From an uncultured beta proteobacterium (GTDB lineage: Bacteria; Pseudomonadota; Gammaproteobacteria; Burkholderiales; Rhodocyclaceae): a DNA stretch of 64,000 nt. The translations under genes were made by a program, and so were the position numbers. Each line of letters starts with the position of its first letter. The stretch's first letter is position 1. The notes beneath the pieces are model-generated. The model did not search any database. It worked only from the letters and a program-made list of their open reading frames with translations, and had not been told where the DNA came from. The stretch is taken from positions 76,326-140,325 of the forward strand of contig CAVOKN010000017.1 of the NCBI GenBank assembly GCA_963696505.1. The letters are read 5' to 3'. Positions 22,196 to 31,456 of the stretch are shown here, piece after piece.

Positions 22196-23916
22196 GCTTT
22201 ACGCTGCACGGCCTCGCGGTTTCCCACGGCATTGCCATCGGCCATGCGCATCTGGTGTCCCACGCGACGCTGGAGGTCTCGCATTACGTCATTCCGGCGC
22301 GCCAGGTGGACCGCGAGATCGAGCGTTTCGACGCGGCGATCGAGACTGCCTACGCCGAGCTGCGCGCGCTCAAGGAGAGCGCCTCGGTGGGCGCGCCGTC
22401 GGAGCTGGCAGCCTTCGTCGAAGTGCATGCCATGTTTCTCAACGACCCGCAGCTTGCCCAGGTGCCGCGCGAGCTGATCCGCGAGCGGCGCTGCAACGCG
22501 GAGTGGGCGCTGGTGCAGCAGATGGAACTGCTGGTGGAGCAGTTCAACGAGTTCGAGGACGCCTACCTGCGCGAGCGCAGCCAGGACGTGGTCCAGGTCG
22601 TCGAGCGGGTGCTCAAGGCGCTGATGGGTAAGCCCAGGCAGATTCCTCCGCGCAGCAAGGATGGTGCCAACGTCATCGTGGTGGCCCACGACCTGTCGCC
22701 CGCCGACACCATCCACTTCAAGCAGCACCAGATCGCCGGATTCGTCACCGACCTGGGCGGCGCCACCTCGCACACCGCCATCGTCGCCCGCAGCCTGGGG
22801 ATACCCGCGGTGGTGGGCCTGCACCATGTGCGCCAGCTGGTGCGCGACGAAGAGCTGCTGATCATCGACGGCACCCGCGGCGTGCTCATCGTCGGCCCGG
22901 ACCAGCGCATCGTCGAGGAATACCGCCTGCGCAAGAGCGAGCTGGAACTGGAGCGTTCCAAGCTCAAGCGGCTGAAGACGGCACGCTCGGCATCGCTCGA
23001 CGGCGAGCTGATCTCGCTCCAGGCCAACATCGAGCTGCCCGGCGACATCGCCCAGGTGCGCGAGGTCGATGCCGATGGCGTGGGCCTGTTCCGCACCGAG
23101 TTCCTGTTCCTCAACCGCGACGCCACGCCGGACGAGGACGAGCAGTTCGAGTCCTACCGGACCGTGGCGAGCGCGCTCAAGGGCAAGACCGTCACTATCC
23201 GCACCCTGGATATCGGGGCCGACAAGGCGCTGCGCGGCTGCGAGCGCACCCAGCCGAATCCGGCGCTGGGCCTGCGGGGGATCCGCTATTGCCTGGCCGA
23301 GCCGCAGCTCTTCCTGACCCAGTTGCGCGCCATCATCCGCGCCTCGCATTACGGGCGAATTCGCGTGCTGGTGCCGATGCTGGCCCATGCCTACGAGGTG
23401 GACCAGACGCTGATGTTGATCCGCCTGGCGCAGGAGCAACTGCGCGCCGAGCGCCTGCCCTTCGACGAGGCGATGGAAGTCGGCGGCATGATCGAAATTC
23501 CCGCCGCCGCGCTGGCGGTGGGCATGTTCCTCAAGCGGCTCGATTTCCTGTCGATCGGCACCAACGACCTGATCCAGTACACGCTGGCCGTAGACCGCAG
23601 CGACGAGGCGGTTGCCTATCTCTACGATCCGCTGCATCCGGCAGTGCTGCGCCTGATAAGTCAGACGCTGGAGGCCGGCGCCCGGGCCGGAAAACCGGTG
23701 GCGGTGTGCGGCGAAATGGCCGGCGACCCGGTTCAGACGCGCCTGCTGCTGGGCATGGGCCTGAAGCAGTTCTCGATGCATCCGAGCCAGATCCTCGAGG
23801 TCAAGCAGGAAGTGCTGCGCAGCGACATCGCGGAACTGCGCAACAAGGTCACGCGCCTGCTGCGCCTGGACGACCCGGACAAGCTGCGCGAGCAGATCGA
23901 ACGCATCAACGTGTAA
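22192..23916 (+). CDS. ptsI: Phosphoenolpyruvate-protein phosphotransferase (Enzyme I)
   Basis: 574 aa with GGATSHTAIVARSLGIPAVVG (phospho-His region), FLSIGTNDLIQYTLAVDR and CGEMAGDP. Confidence 0.9.
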   Translation: MSFTLHGLAVSHGIAIGHAHLVSHATLEVSHYVIPARQVDREIERFDAAIETAYAELRALKESASVGAPSELAAFVEVHAMFLNDPQLAQVPRELIRERRCNAEWALVQQMELLVEQFNEFEDAYLRERSQDVVQVVERVLKALMGKPRQIPPRSKDGANVIVVAHDLSPADTIHFKQHQIAGFVTDLGGATSHTAIVARSLGIPAVVGLHHVRQLVRDEELLIIDGTRGVLIVGPDQRIVEEYRLRKSELELERSKLKRLKTARSASLDGELISLQANIELPGDIAQVREVDADGVGLFRTEFLFLNRDATPDEDEQFESYRTVASALKGKTVTIRTLDIGADKALRGCERTQPNPALGLRGIRYCLAEPQLFLTQLRAIIRASHYGRIRVLVPMLAHAYEVDQTLMLIRLAQEQLRAERLPFDEAMEVGGMIEIPAAALAVGMFLKRLDFLSIGTNDLIQYTLAVDRSDEAVAYLYDPLHPAVLRLISQTLEAGARAGKPVAVCGEMAGDPVQTRLLLGMGLKQFSMHPSQILEVKQEVLRSDIAELRNKVTRLLRLDDPDKLREQIERINV

Positions 23917-24085
23917 TCCGGAAGTGCCTCGGCGCGAAGGCGCAGGGGTCGCCAGGAAGACCCGATCGCATGGCGCGCTCGCGCCGGAAGTCAGCCGCCG
24001 AAGGACGGCTCACGGAACCTGGGGCGGCTAAAGGTCGAAGGCTGGAGCCGTCGTCGGGCAGCCGAGGTCGTGCGTAGCCGGGCGT

Positions 24086-24114
24086 TTGACTTTTCCCGCC
24101 CCAGCCGCTACTTT
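24086..24114 (+). promoter_or_regulatory. Sigma-70 promoter candidate for the metXW leader
   Basis: TTGACT (24086-24091), a 17-nt spacer, then TACTTT (24109-24114). Confidence 0.4.
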
Positions 24115-24120
24115 CCCGCC

Positions 24121-24371
24121 CGCAGCGCCGATTTGAACGTCAGCTTGCGGGCGCTTAAAAAGGCTCTGTTCGCGTTAAGTGAGGATGTCCGGACGTCAAG
24201 GGCCGCAAACTCAACGACGATGCGGACCTTCTGCGAATCCGGCGCGCCCAGGCACATCGCTGTGCGTCAGAGCCTGATCCCTATCTAACGCGAACAGAGC
24301 CTAGAAAAATACGGCTAAAGCGAGGGCGACCCGGTCCGCGCGAGCTGACCGGGTTTTCACTTTTCTGCGCC
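24121..24371 (+). promoter_or_regulatory. Long structured 5' leader of metX (candidate riboswitch or attenuator, class not recognised)
   Basis: A perfect 17-bp long-range stem aggctctgttcgcgtta (24161-24177) / taacgcgaacagagcct (24286-24302) encloses 108 nt. A competing copy of cagagcct lies at 24268-24275. An intrinsic terminator ends 8 nt before the metX ATG. Confidence 0.45.
24329..24364 (+). terminator. Intrinsic terminator or attenuator hairpin immediately upstream of metX
   Basis: acccggtc - 10-nt loop - gaccgggt followed by tttcactttt. Confidence 0.5.
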
Positions 24372-25508
24372 ATGAGTCTTTACCACGCATCCAACGACAT
24401 CGGCATCGTCGAGGCGCAGCGCGCCCACTTTGCGCGGCCGATCGGCCTGCGCAGCGGGGCCGTGCTGCCGGCCTACGACCTGGTGTTCGAAACCTACGGC
24501 ACGCTCAACGCCGCCAGGTCGAATGCCATCCTGGTATGCCATGCCCTTTCGGGCACCCATCACGTGGCCGGCTACTATGCCGACAACCCGAAGAACCTCG
24601 GCTGGTGGGACAACATCGTCGGCCCCGGCAAGCCGCTCGACACCGAGCGCTTCTTCATCGTCGGCGTAAACAACTTGGGGGGCTGCCACGGCACGACCGG
24701 CCCGTCAACCCAGAATCCCGCCACTGGAAAGCCTTGGGGCGCGGACTTCCCGGTCGTCACGGTGGAGGACTGGGTCAATGCCCAGGCGCAACTGGCAGAC
24801 CACCTCGGCATCGATGCCTGGGCGGCGGTGATGGGCGGCAGCCTGGGCGGCATGCAGGCGCTGCAATGGACCATTTCCCATCCACAGCGCGTGCGTCATG
24901 CGCTGGTGATCGCCGCCGCACCCAAGCTGACTGCCCAGAACATCGCCTTCAACGACGTGGCGCGCCAGGCGATCCTGACCGACCCGGATTTCCACGGCGG
25001 CCACTTCTACGAACACTGCGTACGGCCGGTGCGTGGCCTCAGGCTCGCGCGCATGCTGGGCCACATCACCTATCTCTCCGACGACCAGATGGCGGAGAAA
25101 TTCGGCCGCGTGCTGCGGGAGGGAGCCTTCAAGTTCAGCTACGACGTCGACTTCGAGATCGAATCCTACCTGCGCTACCAGGGCGACAAGTTCGCCAGCT
25201 ACTTCGACGCCAACACCTACCTGCTGATGACGAAGGCGCTGGATTATTTCGATCCCACTCACGGCACCGGAGGGGATCTCGCGGCGGCTCTGGCGGTGGC
25301 GCGGGCGCGCTTCCTGGTGGTGGCCTTCACCACCGACTGGCGCTTCCATCCGGGGCGCTCGCGGGAAATCGTCAATGCACTGCTGGAAGTTGACAAGGAC
25401 ATCGCCTACGCGGAGATCGAGAGCAACTTCGGCCACGACTCCTTCCTGCTGGAGGACAAGCAGTACCACGCAGTGGTGCGCGCCTATCTGGAGAACATCT
25501 CCCTATGA
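24372..25508 (+). CDS. metX: Homoserine O-acyltransferase MetX
   Basis: 378 aa with [29 protein letters not shown] (nucleophile elbow) and FGHDSFLLE. Confidence 0.9.
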   Translation: MSLYHASNDIGIVEAQRAHFARPIGLRSGAVLPAYDLVFETYGTLNAARSNAILVCHALSGTHHVAGYYADNPKNLGWWDNIVGPGKPLDTERFFIVGVNNLGGCHGTTGPSTQNPATGKPWGADFPVVTVEDWVNAQAQLADHLGIDAWAAVMGGSLGGMQALQWTISHPQRVRHALVIAAAPKLTAQNIAFNDVARQAILTDPDFHGGHFYEHCVRPVRGLRLARMLGHITYLSDDQMAEKFGRVLREGAFKFSYDVDFEIESYLRYQGDKFASYFDANTYLLMTKALDYFDPTHGTGGDLAAALAVARARFLVVAFTTDWRFHPGRSREIVNALLEVDKDIAYAEIESNFGHDSFLLEDKQYHAVVRAYLENISL

Positions 25509-26116
25509 ACGCCGCTGCGGTTCTCGACCGTCCCGATTACGAAGTGATCGCGAGCTGGATCCGCCCCGGCGAGCGGGTGCTCGATCTCGGCTGCGGCGAC
25601 GGTGCGTTGCTCAGATACCTGGCGCAGGCGCGGCGCTCCCGCGGCTACGGCGTCGAACGGAATCCGGAGCTGGTGCTGGCAAGCATCCGCAACGGTGTGA
25701 ACGTGATCCAGAGCGACCTCGAAGCCGGCCTCTCGGGCTTCCACGACGACGCCTTCGAGCACGTCGTCCTGTCGCGCACCCTCCAGACCGTGCACCACAC
25801 CCAGCGCATCCTCGCCGAAATGCTGCGGGTGGGCCGCGAGGCGGTGGTGTCCTTCCCCAATTTCGCCTTCTGGAAGAACCGCATGGCAGTGCTGAACGGG
25901 CGCATGCCGGTCTCGGAGGATCTTCCCTATCAGTGGTACGACACGCCCAACGTGCGCTTCTTCACCATGCTCGATTTCGAATCGCTGTGCTCGGAGATGG
26001 GCCTGGCGCTGCGCGAGCGCATGGTGCTCGACGACCGCGGCCAGGTGGTGACCGAGGAGCCCAATTTCCTCGGCAGCCTGGCGGTCTATCGACTCGGCAG
26101 ACCCGCGAGCGCGTAG
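25505..26116 (+). CDS. metW: Methionine biosynthesis protein MetW
   Basis: 203 aa with [15 protein letters not shown] and [34 protein letters not shown]. The start overlaps the metX stop. Confidence 0.9.
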   Translation: MNAAAVLDRPDYEVIASWIRPGERVLDLGCGDGALLRYLAQARRSRGYGVERNPELVLASIRNGVNVIQSDLEAGLSGFHDDAFEHVVLSRTLQTVHHTQRILAEMLRVGREAVVSFPNFAFWKNRMAVLNGRMPVSEDLPYQWYDTPNVRFFTMLDFESLCSEMGLALRERMVLDDRGQVVTEEPNFLGSLAVYRLGRPASA

Positions 26117-26156
26117 GGCGCGCCGTGCGCGCCGGTCCAATTCGAAACACGGGTCG

Positions 26157-27443
26157 ATGAGCGAACCCAAACCCTCTCTCGCGGCGGCGCTGTTCAACCG
26201 CCGCATGCTGATCTGCATCTTCACCGGATTCAGCTCGGGGCTCCCGCTTTATCTGCTGCTCAACCTGCTGCCGGCCTGGCTGCGTACCGAGGGCATCAAC
26301 CTCAAGACGATCGGCCTGTTCGCGCTGATCCAGTTTCCCTACACCTGGAAATTCCTCTGGTCGCCGCTGCTCGACCGCTACGCGATCCCTATCCTGGGAC
26401 GCCGCCGCGGCTGGATACTGGCAACCCAGTTGGCATTGCTGGCGGCGATCGCCTGGCTCGGCCGCTTCTCGCCCCAGAGCGAGCTGGGCTGGATCGTGTA
26501 CGTGACGGTGGCGGTCGCCTTCCTCTCCGCCACCCAGGACATCGTTCTTGACGCCTACCGCCGCGAACTGTTGCGGGACGAAGAGCTGGGGCTGGGCAGC
26601 GCAGTGCACGTCAATGCCTACAAGATCGCGGGACTGGTGCCCGGCTCCCTGTCGCTGATCCTGGCCGACCGTCTGCCGTGGGCGGAAGTGTTCCTGATCA
26701 CCGCCCTGTTCATGGCACCGGGCATGTTTATGACGCTGCTGGTGAGCGAGCCGGCCCAGAGCCGCGGCGCGCCCAAGACGCTGCGACAGGCGGTGGTCGA
26801 ACCCTTCCACGAGTTCGTCACCCGCCAGGGCTGGAGTGCCGCCGCCGTGGTTCTGGCCTTCATCTTCCTCTACAAGCTTGGCGACTCGATGTGCACCGCG
26901 CTGGCCACGCCCTTCTACCTCGACATGGGCTTTTCCAAGTCCGAGATCGGGCTGGTGGCCAAACACGCCGGACTTTGGCCCAGCGTCATCGGCGGCCTGC
27001 TGGGGGGGCTGTGGATGGTGCGCCTCGGCATCAACCGGGCGCTGTGGATCTTCGGCGTCGTGCAACTGGTGGCAATCCTGGGCTTCGCCTGGCTCGCCTG
27101 GATCGGACCGCAAACGGCTTCCAGCCCGACACACCTCGCCCAGCTTGCCGTCGTCATTGGCTTCGAGGCGCTCGGCGTCGGCCTGGGGACGACGGCCTTC
27201 GTGGCATACATCGCCCGCACCACCCACCCCGCCTACACCGCCACCCAGTTCGCGCTGTTCACCAGCCTGATGGCGGTGCCGCGCACCTTCGTCAATGCCA
27301 CCACTGGCTGGCTGGTGGAGGCGCTCGGCTGGTTCGAATTCTTCATGCTGTGCACCGCGCTGGCCGTGCCGGGGATGCTGCTGCTGCTGCGGGTCGCGCC
27401 ATGGAACGACACGCCCAAGATCGCCGAGTCCGGCAGTGGCTGA
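26157..27443 (+). CDS. ampG: AmpG-family muropeptide MFS transporter
   Basis: 428 aa with FTGFSSGLPLYLLLNLLPAWLRTEGINLKTIGLFALIQFPYTWKFLWSPLLDRY. Confidence 0.85.
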   Translation: MSEPKPSLAAALFNRRMLICIFTGFSSGLPLYLLLNLLPAWLRTEGINLKTIGLFALIQFPYTWKFLWSPLLDRYAIPILGRRRGWILATQLALLAAIAWLGRFSPQSELGWIVYVTVAVAFLSATQDIVLDAYRRELLRDEELGLGSAVHVNAYKIAGLVPGSLSLILADRLPWAEVFLITALFMAPGMFMTLLVSEPAQSRGAPKTLRQAVVEPFHEFVTRQGWSAAAVVLAFIFLYKLGDSMCTALATPFYLDMGFSKSEIGLVAKHAGLWPSVIGGLLGGLWMVRLGINRALWIFGVVQLVAILGFAWLAWIGPQTASSPTHLAQLAVVIGFEALGVGLGTTAFVAYIARTTHPAYTATQFALFTSLMAVPRTFVNATTGWLVEALGWFEFFMLCTALAVPGMLLLLRVAPWNDTPKIAESGSG

Positions 27444-27712
27444 CGGAGGCATCCCGCGGGGATCAAACACCCACCCCTCTCCAGCTGCCATTGCGAGGGA
27501 GCCTACCCTCGCCGGCATCACTCCGGCCAATGCGCTCGAATTCCATCTCGACAAGTACAAACCCGACAGCCCGACCTACAACAAGGTCTTGCGACTGAAG
27601 GAACTGGTGGCCGCCCGCGCAGCGGTGTTTCCCGCACCCAGTCCCAAGAGATCCGCGAGCAGAGGGGGGCGAAAGTAGCCGCGGCCCGCCGGCGCCCAGT
27701 GTTCCCGATACT

Positions 27713-28036
27713 TCAGGCGCGCGTGCGGCGGCCGGCACGCCGGTCGAGCCAGCGCGCGATCAGCGGCAGCAGCACGACCGAACCGGGAACCAGCAAGATC
27801 ATCAGGTAGGGCGAGATGTGGGCCAGACGCTTGAGGCGCCAATGCAGATCGTGCCGCTCTTCGCCGGCCCAACGCACGCCGTTGCGCTGTTGCATCAGCA
27901 GCGGCAGCAGGCCGTGGATTTCCGGATGCTCGGCGATGACGCGCTCGCGCTCGCGGCAGTGCGGCATGCGGGAGCTGTGCTGGACGCGGCTGCGGGGCGC
28001 GGGAGTCGGCCCCCCGTGGGAGGGCGTCGGCGTCAT
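27713..28036 (-). CDS. Hypothetical membrane protein, fourth gene of the yqjD/E/K-like cluster
   Basis: The ATG overlaps the upstream stop (ATGA at 28033-28036). C-terminal TM helix ISPYLMILLVPGSVVLLPLIA. No family recognised. Confidence 0.45.
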   Translation of the reverse strand: MTPTPSHGGPTPAPRSRVQHSSRMPHCRERERVIAEHPEIHGLLPLLMQQRNGVRWAGEERHDLHWRLKRLAHISPYLMILLVPGSVVLLPLIARWLDRRAGRRTRA

Positions 28037-28344
28037 GCCTTGGGCGGCGCTTTGGGCAGCGCGTCGAGGGTGCGGCGCACTTCCCGCGCCATCTGCCAGG
28101 CGACAGCGCCGCGGCGCAACCAGCGCAGCACACCACGCGGCCGCGCCACCAGCAGCACGACGGCACCGCCGACCAGCCATTCAGGGTTCGCCCGCAGCCA
28201 ATTCCAGCCGGCGCGGGCGGTGTCGGCCACGGCGAAGGCGGGGTTCAGCGCTGCGAGGTCGCTGCGCAAAGTCAGCCGCTGTTCGGCGGCACGCAGTTGC
28301 AGGCTCTGGCGCTTGAGGGCGAGTTCGATGGCGCGCAGGCTCAC
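28033..28344 (-). CDS. YqjK-like protein
   Basis: The GTG start shares its G with the upstream TAG. Product (M)SLRAIELALKRQSLQLRAAEQRLTLRSDLAALNPAF...WLRANPEWLVGGAVVLLVARP. Confidence 0.55.
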   Translation of the reverse strand: MSLRAIELALKRQSLQLRAAEQRLTLRSDLAALNPAFAVADTARAGWNWLRANPEWLVGGAVVLLVARPRGVLRWLRRGAVAWQMAREVRRTLDALPKAPPKA

Positions 28345-28724
28345 TATTCGTCGCTCAGCGCATCGCGGTCGCGCGCCAGTTCCGCAAGACTGGCGGCGAA
28401 TAGCCTGGAACCGGCCTGCGCCCGGCGCACGACAACGAATGCCGACACGCCACCGGCGCCTAGGAACAGGGCGGTCGCCACGCCCAGCGCCAGCAGGCGG
28501 TGGCTGTCCCACAGCAGGACGGTGAGCAGCAGCGCCAGCAGCACGACGCCGAAACCGAGGAAGAAGAATGCGGCGACGGCATAGCCCGCCATCCCGCCAA
28601 GGCGCAGCTTTTCCTCCTCGACCTCGGTGGCGAACAACTCCACCCGGGTCTGAAGGATACCAAGCAGCGTCCCCGCCAGCCGCCTCAGGGAACGGGCCAG
28701 CCCGTGGCCGGGCTGGGAAGTCAT
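28344..28724 (-). CDS. YqjE-like (DUF1469 / holin-X family) membrane protein
   Basis: 126 aa with LLGILQTRVELFATEVEEEKLRL followed by two TM helices. Confidence 0.7.
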   Translation of the reverse strand: MTSQPGHGLARSLRRLAGTLLGILQTRVELFATEVEEEKLRLGGMAGYAVAAFFFLGFGVVLLALLLTVLLWDSHRLLALGVATALFLGAGGVSAFVVVRRAQAGSRLFAASLAELARDRDALSDE

Positions 28725-28734
28725 GGCCTGGCGC

Positions 28735-29046
28735 TCAGCGGCGACCGATCAGCAGGCCGACGACCAGCCCGACCCCCGCCGCCACGCCCACGGCGCGCCA
28801 GGGGTTGTCGCGCACGTAGTCGTCGGTGGCCCGTGCCATGGCCTTGGCGTTGTCGCGCAGGGCCGCGTCGGCATCCGCCAGCTTCTGCTTGGCGCTCACC
28901 AGATGGTCCTGAACGCGGGCGCGCAGCTCGGCGGCCTTGTCGCCGGCCTGGTTGGCGGTCAGTCGCAGCAGTTCTTCCGCATCGGCCACCACCAGTCTGA
29001 AATCGGTGACGAGCTTTTCCTTGGTCACGGTGCTCATGTCGTTCAT
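28735..29046 (-). CDS. ElaB/YqjD/DUF883-family membrane-anchored protein
   Basis: MNDMSTVTKEKLVTDFRLVVADAEELLRL...DDYVRDNPWRAVGVAAGVGLVVGLLIGRR, with the characteristic C-terminal anchor. Confidence 0.8.
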   Translation of the reverse strand: MNDMSTVTKEKLVTDFRLVVADAEELLRLTANQAGDKAAELRARVQDHLVSAKQKLADADAALRDNAKAMARATDDYVRDNPWRAVGVAAGVGLVVGLLIGRR

Positions 29047-29148
29047 GGCTGTTCCCCTGTTATCGGGAGGGATCGGCATCCCGCCCTGTATGGAAGCCTA
29101 ACGATTATGCCCGATGCGGGCAATGAGAGCCATCAAGCGGCCGGATGC

Positions 29149-30384
29149 TCAAACGACGATATTTATCGCCGCCGCCGCGAGACAGGTGGCGAGCAAGCCG
29201 GCGACGATGGACTTCATGCCCAGTTCCACCAGTTCTCCGCGCCGCTCCGGCACCATGGCGCCCATGCCGCCGAGCATGATGCCGAGGCTGCCGAAGTTGG
29301 CGAAGCCGCACAGGGCGTAGGTCATGAGCAGCTTGCTGCGCGGCGACAAGACATCGTCGGGGAGCTTGGCCATGTCGAGATAGGCGATGAGTTCGTTCAG
29401 CACCGTCTTCTTGCCGAGCAGGGCACCGGCCGCCTGGGCTTCGCTCCAGGGGATACCGAAAGTCCAGGCCAGCGGCGCCATGGCCCAGCCCAGCATGCGT
29501 TCCAGCGTGAGCGGGTGCTCGCCGACATTGGGCAGCTGGCCGAGCGCCGCATTGCAGAGACTGACTATCGCGACGAACACTACCAGCATCGCGACGATGC
29601 CTAGCAGCAGTTCCAGGCCTTCGAGGGTGCCGCGAGTGATGGCTTCCATGGCGCTGCGGTCCGGGTGCTGAATCTGGGCCGCGGCACCGTCCGCTGATCT
29701 TTCCGGCGGCACCATCAGAACGGCGATGACGATGGCGGCGGGCGTCGCCACGAGGGAGGCGATCAGCAGATGCCCCAGCGCCCCCGGCACCACCGGACCG
29801 AGGATGCTGGCGTAGAGCACCAGCACCGTGCCGGCGATGGTCGCCATGCCGCTGACCATGACGATGAACAGCTCGCCGCGGCTCAACCGCGCCAGATAGG
29901 GTTTGATCACCAGGGGCGCCTCGACCATGCCGACGAACACGTTGGCCGCCGCGGAAAGGCCCACCGCGCCACCCAGCCCCATCGTCTTGCGCATCAGCCA
30001 GGCGAAGAGCCGCACCAGCCATTGCAGCACGCCCCAGTGGAAAAGCAACGCCGACAGGGCGCTGATCACCAGCACCAGGGGCAGCGCCCGAAAGGCCAGG
30101 ATGAAGCTCGCCGCCGGGTTGCTCTCGACGTAGGGTGCCGGTCCGCCGCCGAGATAACCGAAGACGAAGGCCGTGCCCGATTGGGTGGCACGCTCCAGCG
30201 CCGCGAGGGCGCCGTTGGCCGCTTCCAGTGCTCCCTGCACGCCTGAGGCTTTTGTCAGCACCAGAGCCAGCACGTAAGTGAGCGCAAACCCAGAAACCAC
30301 CGTGCGCCACGGCACCGCGCGCCGGTTTTCTGACATCAGCCAGGGAAGCCCCAGCAGGGCGAGGAGGCCCAGCGCGCTTTGCAC
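29149..30384 (-). CDS. NupC/NupG-family concentrative nucleoside transporter
   Basis: 411 aa, polytopic, with AANVFVGMVEAPLVIKPYL, MVSGMATIAGTVLVLYA and YALCGFANFGSLGIMLGG. Confidence 0.85.
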   Translation of the reverse strand: MQSALGLLALLGLPWLMSENRRAVPWRTVVSGFALTYVLALVLTKASGVQGALEAANGALAALERATQSGTAFVFGYLGGGPAPYVESNPAASFILAFRALPLVLVISALSALLFHWGVLQWLVRLFAWLMRKTMGLGGAVGLSAAANVFVGMVEAPLVIKPYLARLSRGELFIVMVSGMATIAGTVLVLYASILGPVVPGALGHLLIASLVATPAAIVIAVLMVPPERSADGAAAQIQHPDRSAMEAITRGTLEGLELLLGIVAMLVVFVAIVSLCNAALGQLPNVGEHPLTLERMLGWAMAPLAWTFGIPWSEAQAAGALLGKKTVLNELIAYLDMAKLPDDVLSPRSKLLMTYALCGFANFGSLGIMLGGMGAMVPERRGELVELGMKSIVAGLLATCLAAAAINIVV

Positions 30385-30406
30385 TTGCTCGCGTCTTACC
30401 GGCGCG

Positions 30407-30556
30407 CTAACCGCGCAAACGAATCAGCCATGGCGCGAGCATGCCTACGATCAATCCAAGGACCACCATACCGACGAGCAAGCCGCACATGATCAGCGCC
30501 TCCCGCCGAAAGTGCTTGTTGATCCCGGAACTGGAATGTTTGTCAGTGCGCTGCAT
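30407..30556 (-). CDS. Possible 49-aa single-TM peptide
   Basis: MQRTDKHSSSGINKHFRREALIMCGLLVGMVVLGLIVGMLAPWLIRLRG. It starts 10 nt after the parB stop. No homology recognised. Confidence 0.3.
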   Translation of the reverse strand: MQRTDKHSSSGINKHFRREALIMCGLLVGMVVLGLIVGMLAPWLIRLRG

Positions 30557-30566
30557 CGTTTGAATG

Positions 30567-31424
30567 CTAGCGCAGCTTTTCCAGAATCCCGTCGAGTTGG
30601 TCCAGGCTGGCGAAGCGGATGGCGAGCTGCCCCGCACCCTTGCGGTTGGCGGCGATCGTCACCTGCGCGCCGAGTCGGTCCGACAGCTCCTCCTCCAGCC
30701 GCTGCAGGTCGCGGCTCTTGGGCTGCACAGCTTTCTTCTGCGGCGGGTTGAGTTCCCGCGCCGCCATGCGCTCCGCCTCCCGCACCGAATGGCCGCGGGC
30801 GACGATGCGGGTGGCGAGCGCCGTCTGCTCGCCCATTTCCAGGGGCAGCAGCGCCCGGGCATGGCCCATGTCGAGCTTGCCCTGCATCAGCAATTCCTGC
30901 ACCGGCGGCGCGAGTTGCAGCAGGCGCAGCAGGTTGGAGGCGGCGGGGCGGGAACGGCCCACCGCGTCGGCGGCCTGCTGGTGGGTCATGCCGAATTCGT
31001 CGATCAGGCGCTGGAGGCCGGCGGCCTCTTCCAGCGGATTGAGGTTTTCGCGCTGGATGTTTTCGATCAGCGACATGGCCAGCGCCGACTCGTCGGGAAT
31101 CTCGCGCACCAGAGCCGGCACCTCGCTCAAGCCGGCGATGCGTGCCGCGCGCCAGCGTCGCTCGCCGGCGATGATCTCGTAGCGATCCTCGCCGTTCACG
31201 CTTTCCACAGGACGCACCAGGATAGGCTGCATGATGCCCTGCGCCTTGATCGAGGCGGCCAAATCGTTGAGCGACTCCGCATCCATGCGGGTGCGTGGCT
31301 GGTATTTGCCGGGTTGCAGGCGGTCGATGGCCAGGTTGTCCTGGCGTTGCGGCTCGGCGCCGGAGTCGCCGGCCAGCAGCGCATCGAGGCCGCGGCCCAG
31401 GCCTTTCATTTTGGGTGGTGCCAT
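30567..31424 (-). CDS. parB: Chromosome partitioning protein ParB
   Basis: 285 aa with GLGRGLDALL, YEIIAGERRWRAA and HTH segment HQQAADAVGRSRPAASNLLRLL. Confidence 0.9.
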   Translation of the reverse strand: MAPPKMKGLGRGLDALLAGDSGAEPQRQDNLAIDRLQPGKYQPRTRMDAESLNDLAASIKAQGIMQPILVRPVESVNGEDRYEIIAGERRWRAARIAGLSEVPALVREIPDESALAMSLIENIQRENLNPLEEAAGLQRLIDEFGMTHQQAADAVGRSRPAASNLLRLLQLAPPVQELLMQGKLDMGHARALLPLEMGEQTALATRIVARGHSVREAERMAARELNPPQKKAVQPKSRDLQRLEEELSDRLGAQVTIAANRKGAGQLAIRFASLDQLDGILEKLR

Positions 31425-31456
31425 GGACGTTGTATCAGAGTGAGGATGGACGGCGA

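Noticed and set aside
21544-23781. 745-aa minus-strand ORF
   Set aside because: It is antisense to EIIA, HPr and Enzyme I, all of which have clear active-site motifs on the plus strand.
24070-24288. 72-aa ORF inside the ptsI-metX spacer
   Set aside because: It has a GTG start without an SD, overlaps the promoter and the long-range RNA helix, and shows no recognisable protein features. I treat it as part of the structured leader.
24161-24302. The 142-nt unit bounded by 17-bp inverted repeats, considered as a MITE, a 6S RNA or a known SAM/SAH riboswitch
   Set aside because: It is too short for 6S RNA and lacks its central-bubble layout. I could not find the conserved SAM-I, SAM-II or SAH core sequences. 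I saw no second copy in this window and no clear target-site duplication to support a MITE. It is kept as an unclassified leader candidate.
25962-27560. 532-aa minus-strand ORF
   Set aside because: It is antisense to ampG and has shadow-like composition.
27480-27680. Protein-like frame ...ITPANALEFHLDKYKPDSPTYNKVLRLKELVAARAA... after ampG
   Set aside because: It has no start codon in the intergenic part, only about 60 codons look protein-like, and no family is recognised. It may be a gene remnant, but there is not enough evidence to call it.
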